32,000 bases of DNA from Desulfobulbus propionicus DSM 2032 (GCF_000186885.1 NC_014972.1:750001-782000); one strand, 5' to 3'; shown: positions 8,003-18,387, counted from the stretch's first letter. The notes: a model not told the origin generated them from the sequence alone. Numbers and translations are program-made.

Positions 8003-9087
8003 TCGTTGCCGGCGGCGGAACCGGCGGGCATCTCTTCCCCGGCATTGCCGTGGCTACCGCCATGCGGGAACGGGTTGCGGCCACTCGGGTGCTGTTCATC
8101 GGTACCTCGCGCCTGCTTGATCAGCAAGCCTTGGCTGGTTGTGGCTTTGAGCTGGCTGGGCTGCAATGCGGCGGAGTCAAGGGCCTTGGAACGATGCAAC
8201 GGCTTCGCAGCCTGTTACGTATGCCTGGGGCCGTGCTGGAGGCGATGCGGATGCTGCGGCAATTCAATCCGGATCTCGTTTTTGGCGTGGGCGGCTATGT
8301 GACGGGTCCGGTGTTGCTGGCCGCGCGGATGTTGGGGGTGCCGATCGCCATTCATGAGCAGAATTCGGTTCCGGGCATGGCTAATCGGTTGGCCGGTCGG
8401 CTGGCGGACAAAGTGTTTATTTCCCTGCCTTGCGTTCCCCCTTTTCCGCCGGCGAAGACCGTGCGCACTGGAAATCCGGTGCGCAGGGAGATCCTCGCTG
8501 CCGCCTCTGAAAAAACGCCTTGGCCTGAGCGGTCAACCACCCTTCTGGTGTTGGGCGGCAGCCAGGGGGCGCACCGGGTCAACCTGTTAGTGATGGAGGC
8601 CATGGAGCAGCTGGCCAGGCAGGGGAGAGCGTTGCACCTGATTCATCAAACAGGGGGGGCCGATGAAGAACAGGTGCGCACCTGTTACCACAAACTGGGC
8701 ATTGATGCCGAGGTGACGGCCTTTATCCGTGACATGGCCAGTGTCTATGCCCGAGCCGACCTGGTGGTATCCCGAGCCGGCGCCACCACCCTGGCCGAAT
8801 TGGCGGTCATGGGGCTGCCGGCGCTGTTGATCCCCTATCCGTACGCCGCCGATGATCACCAGGCAACCAATGCGGAATATTATGTAAAAGGCAGTGGTTG
8901 CAGGATGTTGCGTGAATCAGGATTGACCGGTGAAATTCTTGCCCGATCGATCAGCGAATACTTGCAGAACCCGGAAGAGTTACATACAATGTCGGCCAAC
9001 ATGAAGACCATGGCAATGCCGGATGCGACCAACCGGATCGTGGATGAATGTTTGCAGCTTGCTACCCGAAAGGGGTGGCATGGATGA
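7993..9087 (+). CDS. murG: undecaprenyldiphospho-muramoylpentapeptide beta-N-acetylglucosaminyltransferase MurG
   Basis: 364 aa from ATG 7993 (MRLIVAGGGTGGHLFPGIAVA, the canonical MurG N-terminus). C-terminal GT28 motifs are present (SRAGATTLAELAVMGLPALLIPYPYAADDHQATNA). Confidence 0.93.
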   Translation: MRLIVAGGGTGGHLFPGIAVATAMRERVAATRVLFIGTSRLLDQQALAGCGFELAGLQCGGVKGLGTMQRLRSLLRMPGAVLEAMRMLRQFNPDLVFGVGGYVTGPVLLAARMLGVPIAIHEQNSVPGMANRLAGRLADKVFISLPCVPPFPPAKTVRTGNPVRREILAAASEKTPWPERSTTLLVLGGSQGAHRVNLLVMEAMEQLARQGRALHLIHQTGGADEEQVRTCYHKLGIDAEVTAFIRDMASVYARADLVVSRAGATTLAELAVMGLPALLIPYPYAADDHQATNAEYYVKGSGCRMLRESGLTGEILARSISEYLQNPEELHTMSANMKTMAMPDATNRIVDECLQLATRKGWHG

Positions 9088-9117
9088 ACCCCGACGACTT
9101 CGACAGCAGGCGCCTTC

Positions 9118-10503
9118 ATGTATAGAAAAACCAAGCATATCCACTTCGTCGGCATCGGCGGCATCGGCATGTCGGGCATTGCCGAGTTGTTGTTGAGCCT
9201 TGGCTATCGGGTAAGCGGCTCCGATCTGCGGGTCACTGACATCACCCGGCGGCTGGAACACCTGGGGGGCGTGATCCACCAGGGGCACGATGCGGCCTGG
9301 GTGGCCGGCGCGGACGTGGTGGTGACCTCCACAGCCATTGCCGCCGACAATCCCGAGGTCGTTGCCGCCAAGGAAGCGCATGTGCCGGTGGTGCAGCGGG
9401 CAGAAATGCTGGCGGAGCTCATGCGGCTGAAAAAATACGGCATCGCCGTTGCTGGCAGTCATGGCAAAACTTCCACCACCTCGATGGTGGCGGCCATTTT
9501 GGCCGAAGCCGGATTGGATCCGACGGTGGTGGTCGGCGGCAAGGTGCATGGGTTGGGCAGCAACGCCAGATTGGGCGAGGGCGAGTTTCTGGTGGCCGAG
9601 GCGGACGAGAGCGACGGATCGTTTCTCAAGTTGTCACCGGTGATCGAAGTGGTGACCAACATCGATCTGGAACACCTTGATTATTATCGTGATATTGATC
9701 ATATCAAGGACATGTTCCTTGAATTCATCAACCGTCTCCCCTTCTATGGGGTGGCCGTGGTCTGCATCGACAACGATCACATCGCCCAACTGCTGCCGCG
9801 GATTCAGAAGCGGATCGCCACCTACGGACTAACGGAACAGGCCGATCTGCAGGCTGTCAAGATCATCTCCGGCAACGGTACCTCCCAATACACGGTACGC
9901 AGCCGCAAGGAAGAACTGGGCGTCATACGCCTCAACCGTCCGGGAAAACATCTGATTTACAACAGTTTGGCTGCGGTCAGCGTGGGTCTGGAGCTGGAAA
10001 TCGATTTTTCGGTGATCGCCAGGGCGCTGGAGAATTTTCAGGGCGTGCAACGCCGCCTCCAAATCAAGGGTGAGGCCGCCGGCGTACTGGTGGTTGACGA
10101 CTACGGCCATCATCCCACTGAAATCAGGGCAACCCTGGATGCGGTGCGTGAAGGCTGGCCGGATCGCCGGGTGGTGGTGGCCTTTCAGCCGCATCGGTAC
10201 AGCCGTACCAAGGGATTGTTCGCCGAGTTTACCACCGCCTTCCGCCGGGCTGATGTCCTGGTGCTGACCGACATCTACGCAGCCGGCGAATCGCCAATCG
10301 AGGGCGTCACCTCCGAGCGGCTCCAGGAAGCGATCAAGCAGCGCGGCCAGCGCCAGGCCCATTTCATCCCCCAATTGGTTGAACAGCCCCAGGTCCTGAT
10401 GCCGTTACTCCAACCCGGCGATCTTCTGCTTACCCTAGGGGCGGGCAACATTGTGCGTGCCGGTGAGCAGGTGCTGGACCTGCTCAAGGAGCACTCGGGA
10501 TGA
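9118..10503 (+). CDS. murC: UDP-N-acetylmuramate:L-alanine ligase MurC
   Basis: 461 aa. Has HFVGIGGIGMSGIAELL, P-loop GSHGKTSTT, NIDLEHLDYY and DDYGHHPTEI. Confidence 0.95.
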   Translation: MYRKTKHIHFVGIGGIGMSGIAELLLSLGYRVSGSDLRVTDITRRLEHLGGVIHQGHDAAWVAGADVVVTSTAIAADNPEVVAAKEAHVPVVQRAEMLAELMRLKKYGIAVAGSHGKTSTTSMVAAILAEAGLDPTVVVGGKVHGLGSNARLGEGEFLVAEADESDGSFLKLSPVIEVVTNIDLEHLDYYRDIDHIKDMFLEFINRLPFYGVAVVCIDNDHIAQLLPRIQKRIATYGLTEQADLQAVKIISGNGTSQYTVRSRKEELGVIRLNRPGKHLIYNSLAAVSVGLELEIDFSVIARALENFQGVQRRLQIKGEAAGVLVVDDYGHHPTEIRATLDAVREGWPDRRVVVAFQPHRYSRTKGLFAEFTTAFRRADVLVLTDIYAAGESPIEGVTSERLQEAIKQRGQRQAHFIPQLVEQPQVLMPLLQPGDLLLTLGAGNIVRAGEQVLDLLKEHSG

Positions 10504-10507
10504 TGCG

Positions 10508-11428
10508 ATGAACAGTCAACAGCGTGACGAACTGGCGGCGTTGTGCCCATTGATCCACTGGGATGCCGATATGGCCGCCTACTCGACTTTCCGGGCCGGT
10601 GGAACCGTGGAAGCGCTGGTGGAACTCAGCGACGCCGATCATCTGGCCGCGGTGTTGCAATGGTTGCATGCGCGGCGAATTCCCTGGCAGGTCATTGGCG
10701 GTGGTTCGAACGTCCTGTTTACCAGCCGACGCCATGAAGGCGTGTATATTCGGCTGCATGGTTCGGTTCGGGACATCGACTGCGACCGGGAGAACAACGG
10801 TGAATGCAGGGTGCGGGTACACGCCGGTTGCAGCCTTGGCGCCCTGGTGGGCTGGTGCATGAAGAACAGCTTGCGCGGTCTGGAATTCATGGCCGGCATT
10901 CCTGGATCGGTCGGCGGAGCCATTCGTATGAACGCCGGCGCCTTTGGCCATGCAATAGGAGAGGTTGTTGACACGGTGCGCTACGCCACCGAATGGGGTG
11001 AAATGGTTGAGGCGCGCCGGGAGGAGGTGCAATTCGCCTACCGAAGTACGTGTCTGCCGGGAGAACCCCAGGCCAAGATGTTGATCACCGGAGGCGTGTT
11101 CCGGCTCCAGACGGGCGATGGTGCGCAGATCGCCCGACAATGCCGGGAAATCATCGCTCAACGCAAACAGAAACAGCCTGCGGGGATCGGTTCGGCCGGT
11201 TCCTTTTTTAAAAATCCGACGGGAGACTTTGCCGGCCGGCTGATCGAGGTGGCAGGCTTGAAGGGCTTGGCGGTGGGCAAGGCCATGGTTTCGCCCAAGC
11301 ATGCCAATTTTATCGTCAATACGGGCGGAGCGGTGCCCGAGGATATCGTGGGCTTGATGGAAAAGGTCCGGCAAGAGGTCCTGCGGCAATCAGGCGTATT
11401 ATTGGAGCCTGAAGTCCATATCTTTTAG
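10508..11428 (+). CDS. murB: UDP-N-acetylenolpyruvoylglucosamine reductase MurB
   Basis: 306 aa from ATG 10508, 5 nt after the murC stop. FAD-binding-domain motifs are present (TFRAGGTVEALVE, IGGGSNVLF, GIPGSVGGAIRMNAGAFG), as is the C-terminal SAGSFFKNP. The ORF-track start at 10451 overlaps murC and is less likely. Confidence 0.9.
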   Translation: MNSQQRDELAALCPLIHWDADMAAYSTFRAGGTVEALVELSDADHLAAVLQWLHARRIPWQVIGGGSNVLFTSRRHEGVYIRLHGSVRDIDCDRENNGECRVRVHAGCSLGALVGWCMKNSLRGLEFMAGIPGSVGGAIRMNAGAFGHAIGEVVDTVRYATEWGEMVEARREEVQFAYRSTCLPGEPQAKMLITGGVFRLQTGDGAQIARQCREIIAQRKQKQPAGIGSAGSFFKNPTGDFAGRLIEVAGLKGLAVGKAMVSPKHANFIVNTGGAVPEDIVGLMEKVRQEVLRQSGVLLEPEVHIF

Positions 11429-11446
11429 GCAGGGAATTGAGCGCTG

Positions 11447-12385
11447 ATGGCGATTTATACACCCCGCCAGGCACCGTCCCGATCCCAACGAGGGGCCAAA
11501 AAGTCCACCTGGACCGATAGGCTGCAGGGCACTCTGCCACGCAAGCAGACCAAGCCGGTTCCATTCCGGCCGCAGGCGCTGGTTGGCGGCAGCCAGCGGG
11601 CGGGGAAGTGGAAGCGGTGGGTCAAAAACATTGTTCTGTTCCTGGTGCTTCTTGGTGTTGCTGTGGGGATGTTGTGGCTGTCGGCTCGACTGCTCATGCG
11701 GTCCAATGTATTTCGGCTGTCCGATATCCGGATCACCGGGGAGCAGGTCGTCACCGAACGGCAAGTTCTTGATTTGTCCGGGCTTCAGCACGGTGGCAGC
11801 CTGCTGCGATTCAACGTCAAGGCCGCCGAGGCTCGTATCGCCACCCATCCGTGGGTTGAGCGGGCAGAAATCAAGACCCAGTGGCCGTCGGCGGTGGAAA
11901 TCAGCGTCATAGAGCACCAACCCTTTGCCCTGGCAAATCTGGAGTCGGGCAAGGAGAAGCGATTGCGCTATGTCAGCCGGTCGGGTTTTCTGTTTGCCGA
12001 TGCCGGCCAGGGGCAGGAGTTGGATTTACCGGTGATCACCGGGGTTGTGGCCCAAAAGGATGTTGCATCCGATGTGTTCGTCAAGGGCGGCTTGGCCGAG
12101 GCGGCGTATAACCTTTTGCAGCTCGCCGCCAAGGGAAACGCCATTCTGCCGATCCAGGCGATCTCGGAAGTACATATTGACCAGAAATTGGGGCTTGTCC
12201 TCTATCTGGTGGATCGACCCTTTCCCGTGTACTTCGGGGCCGATCGCTTGCAGACCAAATATTATCGGCTGGTTAGGGTTCTTGAACAGTTGTATGCAAA
12301 GAAACAGGTTGATGCCGTTAAAGAAATTCGAATGGATTATTTAGATGATAAAGTCTTGGTTACCGGAACCCAAATTGACGGATGA
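11447..12385 (+). CDS. ftsQ: cell division protein FtsQ (POTRA domain)
   Basis: 312 aa. Basic cytoplasmic tail, one TM (IVLFLVLLGVAVGMLWL), a POTRA-like segment (FRLSDIRITGEQVVTERQVLDLSGL...ARIATHPWVERAEIKTQWPSAVEISVIEHQP), and a position directly before ftsA. Confidence 0.85.
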   Translation: MAIYTPRQAPSRSQRGAKKSTWTDRLQGTLPRKQTKPVPFRPQALVGGSQRAGKWKRWVKNIVLFLVLLGVAVGMLWLSARLLMRSNVFRLSDIRITGEQVVTERQVLDLSGLQHGGSLLRFNVKAAEARIATHPWVERAEIKTQWPSAVEISVIEHQPFALANLESGKEKRLRYVSRSGFLFADAGQGQELDLPVITGVVAQKDVASDVFVKGGLAEAAYNLLQLAAKGNAILPIQAISEVHIDQKLGLVLYLVDRPFPVYFGADRLQTKYYRLVRVLEQLYAKKQVDAVKEIRMDYLDDKVLVTGTQIDG

Positions 12386-13613
12386 GGAGTTGGACGAGCA
12401 GGAACCGCGCGAGCCGGGCGAGCTCGTTGCCGGCCTGGACATAGGCACGACCAAGGTCTGCGCCATGATCGGCGAGGTGTTCGACGATCGAGTGGAGATC
12501 ATTGGAGTCGGCACGGCCGCTTCCTCGGGAATGAAAAAAGGGGTGGTGGTCAACATCGAGTCGACGGTCAAGTCGATCCGCCAGGCGGTCGAGGCCGCTT
12601 CGGACATGGCGGGCTGCGATATCGAATCGGTGTATGTGGGCATTGCCGGTAACCATATCAAGGGGTTCAACTCTCCTGGGATCATCGCCATCAACAATCA
12701 GGAGATCAAGGAAAAGGATATCGAGGCCGTTATCCAAGCCGCCCAGACCGTTAAAATTTCCGATAATCAGCAGATTATCCATGTCCTGCCGCAGGAGTAC
12801 ATGGTCGATGACCATACCGGTATCCAGAATCCGCTCGGCATGACCGGGGTCCGGTTGGTGACCAACGTCCATATCGTCACCGCCGACGTCACCGCGTTGC
12901 ACAACGTGGTCACCAGCTGCAACCGGGCCGGATTGAACGTGGCCGAGATCGTGCTCGAGTCGGTGGCTTCTTCGCTGACTGTGCTCGGCAAGGACGAGAT
13001 GGAGCTCGGGGTGGCGTTGATCGACATCGGCGGCGGGACCACTGACCTGGCCATTTTCTGCAACGGCACCATCAAGCATACCTGGGAGCTGGCCCTGGGC
13101 GGCAACAACCTGACCAGCGATCTGTCCGTGGGGCTGCGAACCCCGCTGCAGGAGGCCGAGGAACTGAAATATCTCTATGGCGGCGCGCTTTCCTCCATGA
13201 TCAAGGAAAATCATATCATCGAGGTGCCCACGGTGGGCGACCGCAAGCCGCGGAAGGTTTCCCAACGGATCATGGTGGAAATTCTCGAGGCGAGAATGGA
13301 AGAGATTCTGCAGATGGTCAACAAGAACATCTGCGCCTCCGGTTATCGCAACCGGATCAATGCCGGCATTGTCATCACCGGCGGCACTGCGCTGCTGGCC
13401 AACATCGTCGAGATGGCGGAGCAGATTTTCGATCTGCCGGTGCGCATCGGTTATCCGCAAGGGGTGACCGGACGGATCGAGGATGTCCATTCGCCCCGGT
13501 GCACCACCGCCGTCGGTCTGGTGTTGCATGGCAGCAAGGCAAAAACGTATGTGCCGAAAGAAAGCGGCGGAATGGTCAGTAAGCTGAAAAACTGGGTCAA
13601 GAATATCGTCTGA
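12345..13613 (+). CDS. ftsA: cell division protein FtsA (actin-like ATPase)
   Basis: 422 aa. Has GLDIGTTKVCAMIGEV and IDIGGGTTDLAIF phosphate-binding motifs, and a C-terminal amphipathic tail (MVSKLKNWVKNIV). ATG 12345 overlaps the ftsQ end by 41 nt. In-frame TTG codons at 12375 and 12390 are possible alternative starts. Confidence 0.9.
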   Translation: MIKSWLPEPKLTDEELDEQEPREPGELVAGLDIGTTKVCAMIGEVFDDRVEIIGVGTAASSGMKKGVVVNIESTVKSIRQAVEAASDMAGCDIESVYVGIAGNHIKGFNSPGIIAINNQEIKEKDIEAVIQAAQTVKISDNQQIIHVLPQEYMVDDHTGIQNPLGMTGVRLVTNVHIVTADVTALHNVVTSCNRAGLNVAEIVLESVASSLTVLGKDEMELGVALIDIGGGTTDLAIFCNGTIKHTWELALGGNNLTSDLSVGLRTPLQEAEELKYLYGGALSSMIKENHIIEVPTVGDRKPRKVSQRIMVEILEARMEEILQMVNKNICASGYRNRINAGIVITGGTALLANIVEMAEQIFDLPVRIGYPQGVTGRIEDVHSPRCTTAVGLVLHGSKAKTYVPKESGGMVSKLKNWVKNIV

Positions 13614-13700
13614 AATGACTGGGATTTTCCTTTGGCGCCGCCGGTCATGGTGGTATAGAGAAAGGAAATTGATCAGAGAATTTTTTCTGGGGAGAACAAC

Positions 13701-14909
13701 ATGCCGTTCAGAATGGCCGAAGAAGAATCTGTGGCAGTGATCAAGGTAATCGGAGTCGGTGGCGGTGGCGGCAATGCTATCAACACCATGGTGGAAAGCC
13801 GCTTGGCAGGTGTGCAATTCATCGCGGCCAACACAGACATGCAGGCCCTGGAAAAGTCCCGCGCCGACATCAGGCTTCAGCTGGGGCCTGGCATCACCAA
13901 GGGCATGGGTGCGGGAGCAGACCCCGAGATGGGACGGGAGGCCGCCCAGGAAAGCTATGAGGATCTCCAGGCCGTGCTCAAAGGGGCGGATATGGTGTTC
14001 ATCACCGCTGGGTTGGGCGGCGGCACCGGCACCGGCGCCGCGCCGGTGATCGCCAAGCTGAGCAAGGAGTCCGGCGCCCTGACGGTTTCCGTTGTCACCA
14101 AACCCTTTTATTTTGAAGCGAAAAAGCGGATGCGCAATGCCGAGGCCGGGTGGGAACGATTGAAGGAGTTTTCCGATACCATCATCACCGTGCCCAACGA
14201 TCGGCTCTTGAGCCTCATGAACAAGAATTCCACCTTGGTGGACATGATGCAGATGGTCGACAACGTGCTCTTGCAGGCGGTCAAGGGCATCACCGACCTG
14301 ATCAATCTGCCGGGGCATATCAACGTCGACTTTGCCGACCTCAAGACAGTTATGAAGGAAGTCGGCCCGGCGATCATGGGTACAGGCACGGCGGTTGGCG
14401 AAAATCGTGCCACCGAGGCGGCCAAGCGGGCCATCGACAACCAGCTGCTCGAAGATGTGGGGATTGATGGCGCCCGCGGCATCCTGATCAATATCTCCGC
14501 GGCCAAGGAAACGTTGACCATGAACGAGTTCATGGAGGCTTCGGCCTTGATCCAGGAAAAGGCGCACGACGAGGCCAACATCATCATCGGTGCCCTGTTT
14601 GACGAATCGTTGGGCGACGAGTTGCGGGTCACGGTCATCGCCACCGGCATTGCCAGCATCGAGGAACCTGAGATCAACCAGCTGGAGGTGGTGCGCAGCC
14701 GCCAGGCCCCGGCTCTGCCGGCAAGCAGCCGTTCACGTCTGCCGCGGCTGGTCGACGAGGACGCCATGTTGACCGATTCCTCGGCGGTGAGCATTGCCAA
14801 ACCCAACCTGCTGCCCAAGGGAATGCCGCGCATGCCCAAACCGATTTTCGACGACCACGAACTCAACGAATTTGACGAACCGGCCTATTTGCGCAAGAAA
14901 GCCAACTGA
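13701..14909 (+). CDS. ftsZ: cell division GTPase FtsZ
   Basis: 402 aa. Has [18 protein letters not shown], the tubulin signature [20 protein letters not shown], and the conserved C-terminal peptide ([11 protein letters not shown]). GGGGAG lies 7 nt upstream of the ATG. Confidence 0.97.
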   Translation: MPFRMAEEESVAVIKVIGVGGGGGNAINTMVESRLAGVQFIAANTDMQALEKSRADIRLQLGPGITKGMGAGADPEMGREAAQESYEDLQAVLKGADMVFITAGLGGGTGTGAAPVIAKLSKESGALTVSVVTKPFYFEAKKRMRNAEAGWERLKEFSDTIITVPNDRLLSLMNKNSTLVDMMQMVDNVLLQAVKGITDLINLPGHINVDFADLKTVMKEVGPAIMGTGTAVGENRATEAAKRAIDNQLLEDVGIDGARGILINISAAKETLTMNEFMEASALIQEKAHDEANIIIGALFDESLGDELRVTVIATGIASIEEPEINQLEVVRSRQAPALPASSRSRLPRLVDEDAMLTDSSAVSIAKPNLLPKGMPRMPKPIFDDHELNEFDEPAYLRKKAN

Positions 14910-14966
14910 CGGCCAGCGAACAGCCCCGCGCATGACGTTGGCGGGAAGCATGAACAGAGGCATCCA

Positions 14967-15004
14967 GGGGAATATCGACAGGATATTCCCCTGCGTCGTT
15001 TTGG
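14967..15004 (+). terminator. hairpin downstream of ftsZ, candidate intrinsic terminator of the dcw cluster
   Basis: Perfect 10-bp stem: GGGGAATATC (14967-14976), loop GACAG, GATATTCCCC (14982-14991). It is followed by TGCGTCGTTTTGG. The T tract is short and interrupted, so efficiency is uncertain. Confidence 0.5.
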
Positions 15005-15080
15005 CGCTTCGAAGCGGCCCTTGGCCGTATTCGTCAAGGTTGCACCGAATCCCCATTTTTTCCTGTCTTGGTTTGTCCCG

Positions 15081-16823
15081 GTGTCCGCACATCTGACCCA
15101 GGAAACCGGTACAGTCCGGAAGAAATGGAAAGACCGGCTGCCGGTCGCCCTGCTCTATCCCAATGTCTACCCGGTGGCCGTGTCCAATCTGGGGTATCAG
15201 TTGGTCTACACCCTGCTCAATCAGCAGGAGGGGGTTGTTTGCGAACGGTTCGTCTATCCCGATCAGGACCAACCGCTCCGCTCGCTGGAATCCTCCCGGT
15301 TGTTGAGCGATTTTCCCCTGGTCATGGGGTCGATCAGCTTCGAGCACGATTACCCCAGGCTGACGGCCATGCTGGCGGCCGGAGGCATCCCCCCGTTCGC
15401 CGCGGACCGTTCTCCACAGGTATGCGCTGGCAATCCTTTGGTGATCCTGGGCGGGGTCGGCGTGTTCATGAATCCCGAACCGCTGGCTGTTTTTGCCGAT
15501 CTGATGGTTATCGGCGAAGCGGAACCGCTGTTGGAACCACTGATCGAATCCCTGAACGAGTTTGCCGCCATCCCCAGGGAAGAACTACTGGTCACCATCG
15601 GGTCCACGCTTCCTGGTTGCTATGTGCCCGGCATGTATCATTTTGTGTACGGGGATAAGGGCGAAGTCCGTCGGATAGAGCCCAAGGCGGGATTACCGGA
15701 ACGGGTGACCAAGGTCATCGCCCCGGCAATGGCGCGCGCCGCCCATTCGACCCTGCTGTCGCCCGAGGCAGAACTGGGCATGTACATGGTCGAGCTGGGA
15801 CGCGGTTGCAGCCGGGGCTGCCGTTTCTGCGCGGCAGGGTTCATTTACCGGCCACCCCGGCTGTGGACGGCCGAGGCCATCCTGGCCGGATTGGCGGATC
15901 GACCGGAGCGAATCAACCGCATCGGGCTGCTCGGCATGGAGATGGCCAGCAGTGAGACCGTGGACCGCATCGCCGCGTATCTGCGCGAACATGGCTGCGC
16001 GCTTTCCTTCTCCTCCCTGCGAGCCGATCGGATCACGGCACAGACCCTGGAACTGCTGGCCGCCTCCCGCCTCAAGAGCGTGGCCATCGCCGCCGACGGC
16101 TGCTCCGAGCGGTTGCGAACCCTGATCAACAAGGGACTCGGGGAAGAGGATCTGCTCGGCGCTGCGGAACGGCTGGTCGCGGCCGGCATTTTCCACCTCA
16201 AACTGTATGTGATGATCGGTCTGCCCACGGAAACCCAGGACGATCTGGACGAGCTCATCCGCCTGGTCGATCGGCTGCTGGCCCGAATCCTGCCGGTGGG
16301 CCGGTCGAGAAAACGGTTGTCCGAACTGACCCTGTCGATCAACTGTTTCGTGCCCAAAGCCTGGACCCCTTTTCAGTACTGCTCCTTTGGCGGCCTGGCC
16401 CCTGCCGAGGCGAAGGAGGAGCGGATCGAGCCGGCCCTGGCGGGCCTCAAGGAGAAAATTCGCTATCTGCGAAAGATGTTGGGCAACATGGCCAATCTCC
16501 ATCTCAAATTCGATCATCCCGACCAGGCCCTGCAGCAGGCGGTGTATTCCCGTGGCGACCGCCGCCTTGGTCCGGCCCTGCTGGATATCGGCTGCGGCAG
16601 GTTGCCGTTCAAACAGGCCCTGCGGCGCCACCGGGTCGATCCCTGGGAGTATGCCGTCCGGCCCCGGCACCAGCACGAGCTGATGTGTTGGGAGGTGGTG
16701 GACCATGGAATCCGTCCGGGATTTTTGTGGGAAGAGTATGCGCGCGCCGTGCGCGGTCTCGCTACCCCTCCATGCCAACCGGCGGTCTGCCGCCGTTGCG
16801 GTGTCTGCCATGAAGCCAAGTAA
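15081..16823 (+). CDS. B12-binding-domain-like radical SAM protein (resembles the uncharacterised TIGR03960 family)
   Basis: Radical SAM cluster motif in ELGRGCSRGCRFCAAGFIYRPPR (CxxxCxxC). N-terminal VALLYPNVYPVAVSNLGYQLVY and PLVILGGVGVFMNPEP fit a B12-like domain. The Cys-rich C-terminus is CQPAVCRRCGVC. The start is uncertain: GTG 15081 is chosen, TTG 15021 is the longest ORF, and neither has a good SD. Confidence 0.8.
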   Translation: MSAHLTQETGTVRKKWKDRLPVALLYPNVYPVAVSNLGYQLVYTLLNQQEGVVCERFVYPDQDQPLRSLESSRLLSDFPLVMGSISFEHDYPRLTAMLAAGGIPPFAADRSPQVCAGNPLVILGGVGVFMNPEPLAVFADLMVIGEAEPLLEPLIESLNEFAAIPREELLVTIGSTLPGCYVPGMYHFVYGDKGEVRRIEPKAGLPERVTKVIAPAMARAAHSTLLSPEAELGMYMVELGRGCSRGCRFCAAGFIYRPPRLWTAEAILAGLADRPERINRIGLLGMEMASSETVDRIAAYLREHGCALSFSSLRADRITAQTLELLAASRLKSVAIAADGCSERLRTLINKGLGEEDLLGAAERLVAAGIFHLKLYVMIGLPTETQDDLDELIRLVDRLLARILPVGRSRKRLSELTLSINCFVPKAWTPFQYCSFGGLAPAEAKEERIEPALAGLKEKIRYLRKMLGNMANLHLKFDHPDQALQQAVYSRGDRRLGPALLDIGCGRLPFKQALRRHRVDPWEYAVRPRHQHELMCWEVVDHGIRPGFLWEEYARAVRGLATPPCQPAVCRRCGVCHEAK

Positions 16824-18387
16824 ACCGTCCGGAGTCCATCGCCGGATAGCCCAATTCAACGGACAGCGGGGCACCGTCGGCCGCTGGATCGAGTGGATCC
16901 GCAGGAATATCCGCCTCAAGCCGGTGCGGCTTGATTTTTCCCTGCTCTGGCGGCGTCTGCGCTTCCGGGACGAAGCCAATGCCTTGCTGCCCTTCGAGCT
17001 GGTCAAGTATTTTTCCTTCACCTCGCTGCTGCTGATCCTGATCGCCTCCTTCATCCTATCGTGGGTGATCGCCAGCAATGCCAAAAGCGTGCTCCTGCAG
17101 CGCAGTGAGGCCTATTCGCGGTTGTTTGCCGACAATCTCAACCGTCAGGTGTTCCTCCAATTCGTCCTGCCCACCGTGGTGCGCTACGGCCGCATCGCCT
17201 TGTCCGAGCAGGATCAATACGAGCGCCTCGACCAGATCGTGGCCAACATCACCCGCGGTATGAACATCGAATCGGTGACCATCTTCGAACCGGTGCAGAA
17301 CAGGGTGGCCTATTCGACCATTCCCGAATTGATGGGCAAGCGGGACATGGGCGGACTGGAATACCAGAAAGCGGCCAAGGGAGAAAGCAATTCGGTGCTG
17401 ATCAGTGGCGGTTCCCTGTTCAGTCTGTTGCCTGGAGCGGCCGAGGTGTTCTGTACCCTGAAGACCTATGTGCCGTTTCGCCAGGAAAACAAGCTGGGCG
17501 AGCGGACCGGCGAGATCATGGGGGTCATCGAGGTGGTGCAGGACCTGTCCGAGGACCTTGAAGCCATCATCAGCCTCCAGGCCAGGGTGATCATGCTTTC
17601 CCTGATCATCATGTCCATTTTATTCGCCATTCTCAGCATGATCGTGGTGCGGGCCAACCGGATCATGGCCGAACGGGCCGAAGAGCGGCTGCGCCTGGAG
17701 GAGCAGCTGAACGAGGCTCAGCGGCTGGCATCCCTCGGCAAGATGGTGGCGGCGGTGTCCCATGAGATCAAGAATCCCCTGGGCATTGTCCGCTCCACCG
17801 CCGAGATCCTGGGCAACCGGATCAGCAAGGTGGCTCCGGGCAACGAACGGCTGGCCAATATCATCGTCGAGGAAACCTCGCGTCTCGACGCCATTGTCCG
17901 CGAATTTCTCGATTTTGCCCGGCCGCGCGAGGTCGACAAAGTCCCCGGTTCCCTCAACGGGGTGGTCGAGCGGCTGCTGCGGTTCATGGAGCCGGAATTT
18001 CAGCAGAAGGCGGTGCGGCTGGAGGTTCGGCTCGATCCGAACCTGCCCGAGATTCCCTTCGACAGTGAACAGATCTATCAGGTGCTGCTCAATATCGTAT
18101 TCAATGCCATTCAGGCCATGCCCCAGGGCGGTGACCTGCTGCTGAACACCATGCTGGAACCCGGAGGCGGCGCGGTGGCGGTCGAGGTGGCCGATAGCGG
18201 TATCGGCATTCCTCCGGAAAAATTGGAACAGATCTTCACCCCCTTCTATACCGATAAAAATCGCGGCACCGGTCTTGGTTTGTGCATCGCCAAGAGCATC
18301 GTCGAGAAGCATCAGGGGGTGATCGGGGTCAAGAGCACGCCGGGCGAGGGCAGCATTTTTCGCGTCACCCTGCCGGTGCTGGTCTGA
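16810..18387 (+). CDS. membrane sensor histidine kinase (two TM segments, ~190-aa extracytoplasmic sensor, HisKA, HATPase_c)
   Basis: 525 aa from ATG 16810, overlapping the rSAM stop by 14 nt. TM1 is LLLILIASFILSWVIA and TM2 is VIMLSLIIMSILFAILSMIVV. H-box AAVSHEIKNPLG, N-box LLNIVFNAIQAM, G-boxes DSGIGIPPE and GTGLGLCIAKSIV. Confidence 0.88.
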   Translation: MKPSKPSGVHRRIAQFNGQRGTVGRWIEWIRRNIRLKPVRLDFSLLWRRLRFRDEANALLPFELVKYFSFTSLLLILIASFILSWVIASNAKSVLLQRSEAYSRLFADNLNRQVFLQFVLPTVVRYGRIALSEQDQYERLDQIVANITRGMNIESVTIFEPVQNRVAYSTIPELMGKRDMGGLEYQKAAKGESNSVLISGGSLFSLLPGAAEVFCTLKTYVPFRQENKLGERTGEIMGVIEVVQDLSEDLEAIISLQARVIMLSLIIMSILFAILSMIVVRANRIMAERAEERLRLEEQLNEAQRLASLGKMVAAVSHEIKNPLGIVRSTAEILGNRISKVAPGNERLANIIVEETSRLDAIVREFLDFARPREVDKVPGSLNGVVERLLRFMEPEFQQKAVRLEVRLDPNLPEIPFDSEQIYQVLLNIVFNAIQAMPQGGDLLLNTMLEPGGGAVAVEVADSGIGIPPEKLEQIFTPFYTDKNRGTGLGLCIAKSIVEKHQGVIGVKSTPGEGSIFRVTLPVLV

